Below are positions 37,338 to 46,134 of a DNA stretch of 64,000 nt, in pieces. The notes beneath the pieces are model-generated. The model made no database searches, had not been told where the DNA came from, and was given only the letters and a program-made list of their open reading frames with translations. The stretch's first letter is position 1. Each line of letters begins with the position of its first letter. The position numbers and the translations under genes were made by a program. Source of the DNA: Omnitrophica WOR_2 bacterium GWF2_43_52. GTDB lineage: Bacteria; Omnitrophota; Gorgyraeia; Gygaellales; UBA12090. Where the stretch lies: the NCBI GenBank assembly GCA_001805445.1, contig MHGF01000034.1:102451-166450 (forward strand). Reading direction: 5' to 3'.

Positions 37338-38120
37338 ATGAAAGTATTATTTATCGGTGATATTGTTGGCGCTCCGGGGCGAGAGGCGGTGAAAGTGCTT
37401 GTTCCGAAGCTAAAAAAAGAAAGGGCGATAGATATCGTTATCGCCAACGCGGAAAATGTATCCGGAGGCACTGGCTTAACCCCGAAAGCAGCTGAAGAAT
37501 TATTTGGTTATGGCTGTGATTGCCTGACTACAGGTGACCATATCTGGAAGCTTAAGGAAGTATTTAAAATTATAGACCATCCGTATGTAATACGTCCCTT
37601 AAACCTCGCGCCAAATATTCCCGGTAAAGGCTATTGCGTGGTGAAAAAAAATAATTTTAGGCTTGGCGTGCTGAATGTGCAAGGAAGGGTTTTTATGCAG
37701 CCAATAGAGTGTCCGTTTAGGGCGGTAAGAGAGATTCTTCCTGTTATCAAAAAGGAAGCCGATGGTATTCTTGTTGATATCCATGCCGAGGCAACCAGCG
37801 AGAAGGCCGCCATGGGGCACTTTTTGGACGGGTTGGTTACGGCTGTTATTGGAACGCATACGCATATCCAGACCGCGGATGAGAAAATTCTTAAAGGCGG
37901 CACCGCCTATCTTACCGAGGCAGGCATGTGCGGCCCGTATGATTCGGTAATCGGCCAGGAGAAGTCGAAAATCATTGAGCGTTTTTTAACAGGGATGCCG
38001 GTGCGTTTTGAAGTGGCAACTGGAGACGTGCAGCTGCATGGGGCGATTATTGATATTGATGAGGCAACCGGTAAAGCTAGGGCGATTGAGAGAGTACAAG
38101 AAAAACTTCCGATTTTATGA
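37338..38120 (+). CDS. ymdB: YmdB-family metallophosphoesterase (2',3'-cyclic-nucleotide phosphodiesterase)
   Basis: MKVLFIGDIVGAPGR...GDHIW...GTHTHIQTAD; conserved rny-ymdB pairing. Confidence 0.8.
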   Translation: MKVLFIGDIVGAPGREAVKVLVPKLKKERAIDIVIANAENVSGGTGLTPKAAEELFGYGCDCLTTGDHIWKLKEVFKIIDHPYVIRPLNLAPNIPGKGYCVVKKNNFRLGVLNVQGRVFMQPIECPFRAVREILPVIKKEADGILVDIHAEATSEKAAMGHFLDGLVTAVIGTHTHIQTADEKILKGGTAYLTEAGMCGPYDSVIGQEKSKIIERFLTGMPVRFEVATGDVQLHGAIIDIDEATGKARAIERVQEKLPIL

Positions 38121-38151
38121 AGGACGAAGGACGTTGGACGAGGGGCGTTGG

Positions 38152-39387
38152 ATGCGCGTAGAAAATAAAGGCTTAAAAGAAGAAAAGCGTATTTATAGCG
38201 TCAGCGAGCTTACTGAAGATATTAAAACGCTTTTAGAAAATACTTTCCCTGAGGTGTGGATAGAAGGCGAAATTTCCAACTTCTCTCAATCACAATCAGG
38301 CCATTTTTATTTCAATTTAAAAGACGCGAAGAGTGTATTGCGCTGTGTGTTTTTCCGCGGTTTAAACAGCAGCCTGAAATTCGCGCTTAAAGACGGTTTG
38401 CATTGCCTTACCTTTGGCAGAATTAATGTTTATGGCCCAAGCGGCCAATACCAGCTGAGTATTCAAAGGTTAGAGCCGAAGGGGACAGGGGCGTTACAGC
38501 TTGCGTTTGAACAGCTCAAAGAAAAGTTAGCCAGGGAAGGCCTTTTTGATGAAGCGCGTAAAAAGCCTTTACCCGTTCTTCCCCTGCGCGTAGGAATAGT
38601 TACTTCGCCGGTAGGGGCGGCAATAAGAGATATCGTGAATATCTTAAAGCGCCGGGCGCCTTTCGTGAAAATAATTTTAAATCCGGTTAAGGTGCAAGGA
38701 GAAGGCTCGGCTCAAGAGATTGCCCGGGCAATTGCCGATTTTAACCAGTATAAAGATGTTGATGTTTTGATAGTCGGCAGGGGCGGCGGCAGCTTGGAAG
38801 ACCTGTGGGCATTTAACGAGGAAATTGTCGCTCGGGCAATCTACGCGTCCAAAATACCCGTAATGAGCGCTGTTGGCCATGAAGTTGATTGGACCATTTC
38901 CGATTTTGTCGCGGATGTCCGTGCCCCAACACCGTCTGCCGCGGCAGAGCTTGTGGCTCGGCAGAAAAACGAGCTTTGTGGTGAGCTTGAGCATGTAATG
39001 ATTCGCATGAACGTGAGTGTGGAAAATAAAATAAAAAGCTTGGCCAAGGAATTGTTCCGGTTAAAAGGCGCGTATGTGCTTAAGTACCCCTTGAACGTGG
39101 TTCAGGTCTATGTCCAGCGCGTTGATGAACTAAATCATCGTTTAAGCCAGAGGGCAAAACATATTCTGGAGGTTACCCGGCATAGGTTTGTGCATCTTGC
39201 CGAGAAGCTTAATGTCCTTAGCCCGTTAAACATCTTATCGCGCGGATACAGCATTACCTTTAAGCTCCCTGAGATGAAAGTGGTTACAGAGCTATCCCAG
39301 CTAAAGACGTCAGACTGCATCCAGACACGTTTAAAATCGGGAAGCATAGTGAGCCAAGTGCTTAGTAAAGTAGAGAGTAGAGAGTAG
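38152..39387 (+). CDS. xseA: Exodeoxyribonuclease VII large subunit
   Basis: OB-fold N-terminus plus catalytic core. Start chosen at the ATG after the heptamer repeat; the track ORF extends to 38008 through the repeat and the ymdB 3' end. Confidence 0.8.
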   Translation: MRVENKGLKEEKRIYSVSELTEDIKTLLENTFPEVWIEGEISNFSQSQSGHFYFNLKDAKSVLRCVFFRGLNSSLKFALKDGLHCLTFGRINVYGPSGQYQLSIQRLEPKGTGALQLAFEQLKEKLAREGLFDEARKKPLPVLPLRVGIVTSPVGAAIRDIVNILKRRAPFVKIILNPVKVQGEGSAQEIARAIADFNQYKDVDVLIVGRGGGSLEDLWAFNEEIVARAIYASKIPVMSAVGHEVDWTISDFVADVRAPTPSAAAELVARQKNELCGELEHVMIRMNVSVENKIKSLAKELFRLKGAYVLKYPLNVVQVYVQRVDELNHRLSQRAKHILEVTRHRFVHLAEKLNVLSPLNILSRGYSITFKLPEMKVVTELSQLKTSDCIQTRLKSGSIVSQVLSKVESRE

Positions 39388-39472
39388 TGAGTAGAAAGTA
39401 GTAAGTAGTAAGTGGAAGAAGAATAGCATTATTTACTCACTACTTTCTACTTGCTACTCTTTACTCCGAACG
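39370..39472. repeat. AGTAG-heptad hairpin (family F)
   Basis: agtagagagtagagagtagtgagtagaaagtagtaagtagtaagtgg...ttactcactactttctacttgctactctttact. Confidence 0.5.
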
Positions 39473-39501
39473 CCTGCCGGCAGGCAGGAAGTGAGGATGA
39501 T

Positions 39502-39741
39502 ATGGCGGAGATAAAATTTGAGGAAGCGCTAAAAAAATTGGAGAAAATTGTTAGCGACCTGGAAGCAGGGAAACTTCCTTTAGACGAATCATTGAAAAAA
39601 TACGAAGAAGGTATCCGTCTGGTTCAGGGGTGTTCCAAAATCCTTGAAGCTGTGCAGAAAAAAGTCGAGGTTTTAACAAAAAAAGAGGGAACCTTTCAGC
39701 TTAAGCCGTTTGAGGATGAACAGCAACAAGATAAGGAGTAA
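39502..39741 (+). CDS. xseB: Exodeoxyribonuclease VII small subunit
   Basis: MAEIKFEEALKKLEKIVSDLEAGKLPLDESLKKYEEGIRL. Confidence 0.85.
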   Translation: MAEIKFEEALKKLEKIVSDLEAGKLPLDESLKKYEEGIRLVQGCSKILEAVQKKVEVLTKKEGTFQLKPFEDEQQQDKE

Positions 39742-39822
39742 TAATTGTTGCGTGTACCGCCAACCGTGTACCGTATCGGTAAGCGGTGAGCGGTTAACGG
39801 TACGCGTAACGTTATTTTTGAA

Positions 39823-41736
39823 ATGTTACTAGAATCCATTAATAGTCCGAACGATTTAAAAAAACTTAGCCTCCAGCAGTTAAACATCCTGTGCACTGAA
39901 ATCCGCAGCCGCATCGTTGATGTTGTTTCTAAAAACGGAGGCCATCTTGCCTCAAGCCTAGGCGCGGTGGAGATTATTACCGCCTTGCATTATTGCCTTA
40001 CTATGCCGTCTGAGGCAATAGTCTTTGATGTCGGCCATCAGGCATATTCCCACAAAATTTTAACCGGTAGGAATAAACAATTTTCCACCGTGAGGCAATT
40101 TGGCGGCTTAAGCGGTTTCCCCACGCATACGGAGTCAGACTATGACCCCTTTACCGCGGGGCATAGTTCAGACGCGGTTTCGCTTGCCTTAGGCTTAAGT
40201 ATCGGAGGCTGCCCTAAGGCGGTCGCGGTCATCGGCGATGGTTCGCTTTCCGGAGGGCTGTGTTTTGAAGGGCTCAATAATGCCGGCCATCTGAAGAAAG
40301 ATTTATTGGTGGTATTAAACACCAACGAACTAAGTATCGCTCCTAGTGTGGGCGCGGTAAGCGTGTATTTAAATAAGATTATCTCTCAGCCTTTGTATAA
40401 CCGCTTCCGTGAATCGTTGGAACATTTTATCCGCAGCCGCCTTCCAAAAGGTAAAGTCATCCTGAAACTGGCCGACAAATTTGAAAAGGAGCTTAAGGGA
40501 TTTTTTGTTCCGGGCATGTTATTTGAGGAATTAGGTTTTCGTTATTTCGGGCCGCTTGACGGGCATAACTTACCGTTACTTATTACTACCTTAAAGAATT
40601 TACTTACCTTTAAAGGGCCGATACTATTGCATGTGGTAACCAAAAAAGGGAAAGGGTATCCTCCCGCGGAGAACGAACCGGTTCGGTTCCATGGAGCGGG
40701 CCCTTTTGATATCGCAACCGGTAAGCCTTCTTCTCCCTCTGCTTGCGTAACCTATACCGACATTTTCAGCAGAAAAATGGTCGCCGTAGGCAAAGAAAAT
40801 AAGAAAGTTGTGGCTATCACCGCGGCTATGCCCGAAGGCACGGGGTTAGATAAATTCCGCGATTGCTATCCGGAACGTTTTTTTGATGTTGGGATTGCTG
40901 AAGCTCACGCGATTTGTTTTGCGGCTGGTTTAGCGAAGCGAGGGCTGAAGCCGATTGTCGCGATTTACTCAACGTTCTTACAACGCAGCTATGATCAGAT
41001 TATAGAGAGTATCGGTGTGCAAAATGCGCCGGTGGTGCTCTGTCTTGACCGCGCGGGAATAAGCGGAGAAGACGGAGTAACGCATCAGGGGAATTTTGAT
41101 ATTGTCTATTTACGCAGTGTCCCCGGATTAGTGGTGATGGCAGCATCAAGCGGCCCGGAGTTGGAGGCAATGCTTGATTTTGCTCTTACGATGGGCAGGC
41201 CCTGCGCAATCAGGTATCCAAAGGAAAAAGCTGCCGATGCGCGATTTTCTATTCTAGGCAAATCCCTGGGAATGCGTCAGGACCTTCACTTAGGCAAGGC
41301 AGAAGTCTTGCGCGAAGGAAAAGATGTTGCTATTATTGCTTTAGGGGCAATGGTGCAAAACTGCCTTGAGGCAGCGGATATCCTTGGTAAAGAAGGCGTG
41401 GACGCATGCGTGATTAATGCCCGTTTTGTTAAGCCGCTGGATAAAGAATGGCTCTTAACGCTCTCATCACGCTATAGATATCTGGTAACCGTTGAAGATG
41501 GTATCCTTGACGGAGGCTTTGGAAGCGCGGTATTAGAAGTAGTGAATAGGCCTATAGCGCGTTTGGGGTTACCTTGCGTATTTATCGAGCATGGCAAAAG
41601 AAGCCAACTCCTTGAAAAATACGCGCTTGATACCAAAGGTATCGCAAAAAGCATAAAGGCGTATTGCGAAAGAGAAGCCTTGCCCCACACTCCCGTGTGG
41701 GGAATGACAGGAAATACTACAGGCGGGAGCCTGTAG
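39823..41736 (+). CDS. dxs: 1-deoxy-D-xylulose-5-phosphate synthase
   Basis: TPP-binding GDG(S/A) motif and transketolase-like domains; 637 aa. Confidence 0.9.
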   Translation: MLLESINSPNDLKKLSLQQLNILCTEIRSRIVDVVSKNGGHLASSLGAVEIITALHYCLTMPSEAIVFDVGHQAYSHKILTGRNKQFSTVRQFGGLSGFPTHTESDYDPFTAGHSSDAVSLALGLSIGGCPKAVAVIGDGSLSGGLCFEGLNNAGHLKKDLLVVLNTNELSIAPSVGAVSVYLNKIISQPLYNRFRESLEHFIRSRLPKGKVILKLADKFEKELKGFFVPGMLFEELGFRYFGPLDGHNLPLLITTLKNLLTFKGPILLHVVTKKGKGYPPAENEPVRFHGAGPFDIATGKPSSPSACVTYTDIFSRKMVAVGKENKKVVAITAAMPEGTGLDKFRDCYPERFFDVGIAEAHAICFAAGLAKRGLKPIVAIYSTFLQRSYDQIIESIGVQNAPVVLCLDRAGISGEDGVTHQGNFDIVYLRSVPGLVVMAASSGPELEAMLDFALTMGRPCAIRYPKEKAADARFSILGKSLGMRQDLHLGKAEVLREGKDVAIIALGAMVQNCLEAADILGKEGVDACVINARFVKPLDKEWLLTLSSRYRYLVTVEDGILDGGFGSAVLEVVNRPIARLGLPCVFIEHGKRSQLLEKYALDTKGIAKSIKAYCEREALPHTPVWGMTGNTTGGSL

Positions 41737-41745
41737 TAACAAAGT

Positions 41746-41946
41746 ATGGCGCATATAAAAATTAAGAGAGATAAATGTAAAGGCTGTATGCTTTGCATCA
41801 AGGTCTGCCCTAAGGGGCAGCTTAAGGAAGATAGTGTATTAAATAAGAAAGGCATTAAGCCGGTAGTGTTTTTAGGGCAGGATTGCACCGGATGCACATT
41901 TTGCGGCGTAATTTGTCCGGATACGGCGATAGAGGTATATAAATAG
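41746..41946 (+). CDS. 2x[4Fe-4S] ferredoxin (delta subunit of 2-oxoacid:ferredoxin oxidoreductase)
   Basis: CKGCMLCIKVCP ... CTGCTFCGVICP. Confidence 0.7.
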   Translation: MAHIKIKRDKCKGCMLCIKVCPKGQLKEDSVLNKKGIKPVVFLGQDCTGCTFCGVICPDTAIEVYK

Positions 41947-41960
41947 TCGTACGCTAATAT

Positions 41961-42135
41961 GTTAAAAACGGATATCGGGTGATCTGGGGATTGGGATTCG
42001 GAGATCGGGAAATCAGGGGATTAGGAGAATAGGCACTATTTTGTCCCCGCTATCCTGATATCCTAATTACCAAATCCTGATCTCCTGATAACTTAATCTC
42101 CGCATTTGACATGGTTATGTACACAGAGTATAAGT
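41961..42135. repeat. Repeat family E: ~170-bp palindromic MITE-like element ending in an outward sigma70-like promoter, copy 1
   Basis: gatctggggattgggattcggagatcgggaaatcagggga ... tcctgatatcctaattaccaaatcctgatctcctgata, then TTGACA-17-TATAAG. Confidence 0.55.
42106..42134 (+). promoter_or_regulatory. Sigma70-like promoter carried on repeat E, upstream of the korA homolog
   Basis: TTGACA (42106-42111), 17-nt spacer, TATAAG (42129-42134). Confidence 0.5.
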
Positions 42136-42145
42136 GGAGTGACCG

Positions 42146-43249
42146 GTGACCAAGGGACAGAAGATCTTAATATCGGGCAATGAGGCGATCGCGCAAGCGG
42201 CGCTTGATGCCGGATGTACTTTTTACGCGGGCTATCCCATTACTCCGCAAAACGAAATCATTGCCTATATGTCAGAGCATATGCCTTTACAGGGAGGGGT
42301 TTTTATCCAGTCAGAGTCAGAGCTTGCGGCGATCAATATGGTATTCGGAGCTTCTGCCGTGGGAGCGCGGGCAATGACCAGTTCCTCAAGCCCGGGGATA
42401 AGCCTTATGCAAGAGGCAATTTCCTATATCGCGGGGGCAGAGCTTCCCGCGGTTATAGTAAATGTTATGCGCGCGGGCCCCGGCTTGGGTAATATCTGGC
42501 CGGCACAATCAGACTATTTTCAAGCTACAAAGCCAGGGCATGGGGATTATCATTGTATCGCGCTTGCTCCTTCCAGCGTTCAGGAGGCATACGAGGTAAC
42601 CAAGGACGCCTTCAGGCTGGCAGATATGTACCGCATCCCGGTATTTATTTTAAGCGATGGTATGCTGGGACAGATGATGGAGCCGTTATTAGCCGATAGC
42701 CAAGGGTCAATGGCCGATGGTAAAAGAAAGAAGCTATCGACTATCGACTATCGACTATCGACTAAAAAGTGGGCGGCGACAGGGTGCAAGGGAAGAGACG
42801 CGCATGTGGTTAAGTCGTTTTATATGAATATGGGAGAATTAGAGCGGTTCAATTTGGAACTGCAGGAAAAATATAAAAAGATAAAGGCGCGCGAGCAGAA
42901 ACAGGAAGCATTGTATATAGATGATGCTCAGGTTGTTTTAGTCGCCTATGGGACAATGGCGCGCCTGGCGAAAGAGGCAATGGCTATTCTAAGAAAAAAA
43001 GGGGTAAAGGCTGGTTTGCTTAGGCCAATCAGCGTATGGCCGTTTCCGGAAGATATAATTAAAAGGTTAACAGTAAGCGGTAAACGGGTCGTGTTTCTTG
43101 TCATTGAAATGTCTTATGGGCAAATGGTGGAAGATGTACGGTTGGCTGTTAATGGCAGGGCTCAGGTTGAATTTTTAGGCCGTTCCGGAGGGGGAATCCC
43201 TTCAGAGGAAGAAATCATTAATAAAACTGTTGCATTGTTAAACTGCTAA
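42146..43249 (+). CDS. 2-oxoacid:ferredoxin oxidoreductase alpha subunit
   Basis: 367 aa; Por/Kor alpha domain; GTG start. Contains a CTATCGA x4 in-frame insert. Confidence 0.8.
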   Translation: MTKGQKILISGNEAIAQAALDAGCTFYAGYPITPQNEIIAYMSEHMPLQGGVFIQSESELAAINMVFGASAVGARAMTSSSSPGISLMQEAISYIAGAELPAVIVNVMRAGPGLGNIWPAQSDYFQATKPGHGDYHCIALAPSSVQEAYEVTKDAFRLADMYRIPVFILSDGMLGQMMEPLLADSQGSMADGKRKKLSTIDYRLSTKKWAATGCKGRDAHVVKSFYMNMGELERFNLELQEKYKKIKAREQKQEALYIDDAQVVLVAYGTMARLAKEAMAILRKKGVKAGLLRPISVWPFPEDIIKRLTVSGKRVVFLVIEMSYGQMVEDVRLAVNGRAQVEFLGRSGGGIPSEEEIINKTVALLNC

Positions 43250-43295
43250 ATTGCCAATCCTCATAACAATTTAGCAATGTAACAATGAATACTTA

Positions 43296-44024
43296 ATGAA
43301 AAAAGTTTTTAGCAGGACTAGCTCTTTACGCGACGTTGACACCCATTACTGTTCCGGCTGCGGGCATGGTATCGCGCACCGTTTGATCGCGGAGGCCATT
43401 GACGAGTTAGATATCAGGGAACAGGTTATCGGGATAACGCCTGTAGGCTGCGCGGTGATAGCCTATAATTACTGGAATTTTGATTGCGTGGAGAGCCCTC
43501 ATGGCAGAGGGTTGGCAATAGCGACCGCGATAAAGAGGGTTCGGCCTCAGAATATAGTATTTACGTATCAGGGTGACGGGGACCTGGCGGCAATAGGGAC
43601 CGCGGAGACAATTCATGCCGCTAACCGGGGAGAAAACCTAACGGTTATATTTATTAACAATGCCGTCTATGGCATGACCGGGGGGCAGATGGCGCCGACA
43701 ACCCTTATTGGCCAGAAGACCGCGACAAGCCCGCGGGGAAGAGATATAGGAAATGAAGGGTATCCGTTAAAAATATCAGAGATAGTCGCGCAGCTGCCCG
43801 GGGTATATTCTGTAGAACGGGTATCGTGCGATTCTCCCAAAGGGGTTTTAAAGGCGAAAAGCGCGATCAAGGCAGCGTTTAAGAATCAGATGGACAATAA
43901 GGGTTTTTCTTTGGTGGAAGTGCTTTCAGCCTGTCCAACGTACTGGAGTTTGACACCCGCAGATTCTTTGGACTGGATGCAGAATACAATGAGCAAAGAG
44001 TTTCCCTTGGGGAAGATTAAATAA
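43296..44024 (+). CDS. 2-oxoacid:ferredoxin oxidoreductase beta subunit (TPP-binding)
   Basis: CSGCGHGI...GDGD... Confidence 0.85.
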   Translation: MKKVFSRTSSLRDVDTHYCSGCGHGIAHRLIAEAIDELDIREQVIGITPVGCAVIAYNYWNFDCVESPHGRGLAIATAIKRVRPQNIVFTYQGDGDLAAIGTAETIHAANRGENLTVIFINNAVYGMTGGQMAPTTLIGQKTATSPRGRDIGNEGYPLKISEIVAQLPGVYSVERVSCDSPKGVLKAKSAIKAAFKNQMDNKGFSLVEVLSACPTYWSLTPADSLDWMQNTMSKEFPLGKIK

Positions 44025-44107
44025 ATGAGGCCACCCGTCATTGAATCACAGCGCCACTTGTTGTATTTACCGGTGACTTTGTGACTTGGTGACCTGGTGA
44101 CACGGTA

Positions 44108-44668
44108 ATGACTGAACGTATCATCATCAGCGGTTTTGGCGGGCAGGGCATAATGTTTTTAGGTAAGCTTATTGCCTGGGCCGCGATGCGCGAAAATAAA
44201 TTTGTAACCTTTTTGCCCGCCTATGGGGCTGAGGTAAGAGGGGGGACGTCTCATTGCGCAATAGTAATTTCCGACGAAGAAATAGCTTCGCCTTGCGTAG
44301 ATACAATAGATACGTTAATCGCGATGAATAGTCCGTCTTTAGAAAAATTTATCCCTCAGGCCAAAAAAGGCGCGGATGTGTTTGTGAATAGTTCAATGGT
44401 TAGTGATTTCAAGAAAATAAACGGAATTCATTGGCACAATGTTCCTTTTACCGATATAGCCTTAAAATTAGGAAATGTAAAATCAGCCAATAGCGTGGCT
44501 TTAGGAGTTTATTTAGCAAAGAAAAAGATACTTTCGGCGGAAAACATTATTACGATGCTGCCGGAGGCATTTAAAAATAATCAAAAACTTGTGGATTTAA
44601 ACGAAAAGGCAATTAAAGAAGGATTAAAATATTCAGGGTTTCATGATAGTGAGGTAGCAACATGTTAA
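44108..44668 (+). CDS. 2-oxoacid:ferredoxin oxidoreductase gamma subunit
   Basis: IIISGFGGQGIMFLGKLIA. Confidence 0.75.
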   Translation: MTERIIISGFGGQGIMFLGKLIAWAAMRENKFVTFLPAYGAEVRGGTSHCAIVISDEEIASPCVDTIDTLIAMNSPSLEKFIPQAKKGADVFVNSSMVSDFKKINGIHWHNVPFTDIALKLGNVKSANSVALGVYLAKKKILSAENIITMLPEAFKNNQKLVDLNEKAIKEGLKYSGFHDSEVATC

Positions 44669-44830
44669 AAGCGGATATCAGGACATCAGGTGATTAGGGT
44701 TCGGAGAACTGGAAACCGGGATATTAGGGAAAAATCGATAGTATGTTTCCAATATCTTGATTCTCTGATTACCAAATCCCAATCTCCCGATGTTTCAATT
44801 CCCGCATTTAACATAGTTAATTACGCATAG
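44664..44830. repeat. Repeat family E, copy 2
   Basis: atgttaaaagcggatatcaggacatcaggtgattagggttcggagaactgg...ccaaatcccaatctcccgatgtttcaattcccgcatttaacatagtta. Confidence 0.55.
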
Positions 44831-44847
44831 CATACGGGGAGGTCTCA

Positions 44848-46134
44848 ATGGTAAGGGTACGTTTTGCCCCAAGCCCTACGGGGAATTTGCATATCGGCGG
44901 CGGGCGCACCGCGCTTTTTAATTGGCTGTATGCCCGGGCAAAAGGCGGAAAGTTTGTATTACGTATTGAAGATACGGATGTGGCGCGTTCAAAGAAGGAA
45001 TATCTGGATGAGATTTTAAACAGCCTTTCGTGGCTTGGCTTAACTTGGGATGAGCTTTATTATCAAAGCCAGAGGTTTGAAATTTATAAAGAATACGCCC
45101 AGAAGCTGTTAGCCCAAGGGCTCGCGTATCAGGAAGGCCCGGCAATCATTTTTAAGGTCCAGCCGGAGAAAATAAGAATCAATGACCTCATCCGGCAGGA
45201 GCCGATCGAATTTGATACCGCGTTGATTAAGGATCAAGTCTTGATTAAGTCGGACCTTAGCCCCACCTATAATTTTGCCTGCGTGATTGACGATGCCTTA
45301 ATGAATATTACCCATATTATCCGGGGGGATGATCATATTTCAAATACCCCGAAACAAATTGTGTTATATCAGGCATTAGGGTTTCCCATCCCGGAATTCG
45401 CGCACCTGCCTTTGATACTGGGAACCGAAGGCGGGAGGCTTTCTAAAAGGACAGGGGCAACCGCGATTAGCGATTACCGCGCGATGGGCTATCTGCCCCA
45501 GGCCTTGGTAAATTACCTTTTGCTTTTAGGCTGGTCCCCGGGTGAAAATCAGGAGCTCATCGCTATCAGCGAGGTTATAAAGAAATTTGATATTAAGGAT
45601 GCCAATAAAACCGCGGCTACCTTTGATTTAGAAAAACTGCGGTGGATTAACGCGCAGTATATAAAGAAGGCAGCGCCGCAGGAGTTATGGGAAATGCTCA
45701 AGCCTTTGTGCCTGGAGAAGGGGCTGCAAGTAAATAATTTTGATAGCAATTATTTATTATCTATTGTAAAATTATTCCAGGAACGCATCAGTACTTTAGC
45801 AGACTTTCCCGAGTATAGCGATTTTTTCTTTATAGAAGAGATAGTGTTAACTTCGGAAGCGAAAAAGCGCCTGGATGCGAAAGATTATTCTCGCGAGTTT
45901 AAGCTTTTACTTGAGCGGTTAGACGGGCTTGAGCATTTTGACTGCTTAAGCATAGAAAATTCTTTCCGGCTTTTGGTTTCCGAATTGAACATCAAAGCAG
46001 GAGAGCTCGTGCATCCTGTGCGTTCGGCGTTAACCGGGAAAACCATCGGCCCGGGGCTGTTTGAGCTTATGGAAGTCCTAGGTAAAAAAAGGATAGAAGC
46101 AAGGCTAACAAAATACATCAAAGGAGGTGTATGA
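44848..46134 (+). CDS. gltX: Glutamate--tRNA ligase
   Basis: PSPTGNLHIGGGRTALFNWLYAR (HIGH motif) ... KLSKR (KMSKS motif). Confidence 0.85.
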   Translation: MVRVRFAPSPTGNLHIGGGRTALFNWLYARAKGGKFVLRIEDTDVARSKKEYLDEILNSLSWLGLTWDELYYQSQRFEIYKEYAQKLLAQGLAYQEGPAIIFKVQPEKIRINDLIRQEPIEFDTALIKDQVLIKSDLSPTYNFACVIDDALMNITHIIRGDDHISNTPKQIVLYQALGFPIPEFAHLPLILGTEGGRLSKRTGATAISDYRAMGYLPQALVNYLLLLGWSPGENQELIAISEVIKKFDIKDANKTAATFDLEKLRWINAQYIKKAAPQELWEMLKPLCLEKGLQVNNFDSNYLLSIVKLFQERISTLADFPEYSDFFFIEEIVLTSEAKKRLDAKDYSREFKLLLERLDGLEHFDCLSIENSFRLLVSELNIKAGELVHPVRSALTGKTIGPGLFELMEVLGKKRIEARLTKYIKGGV

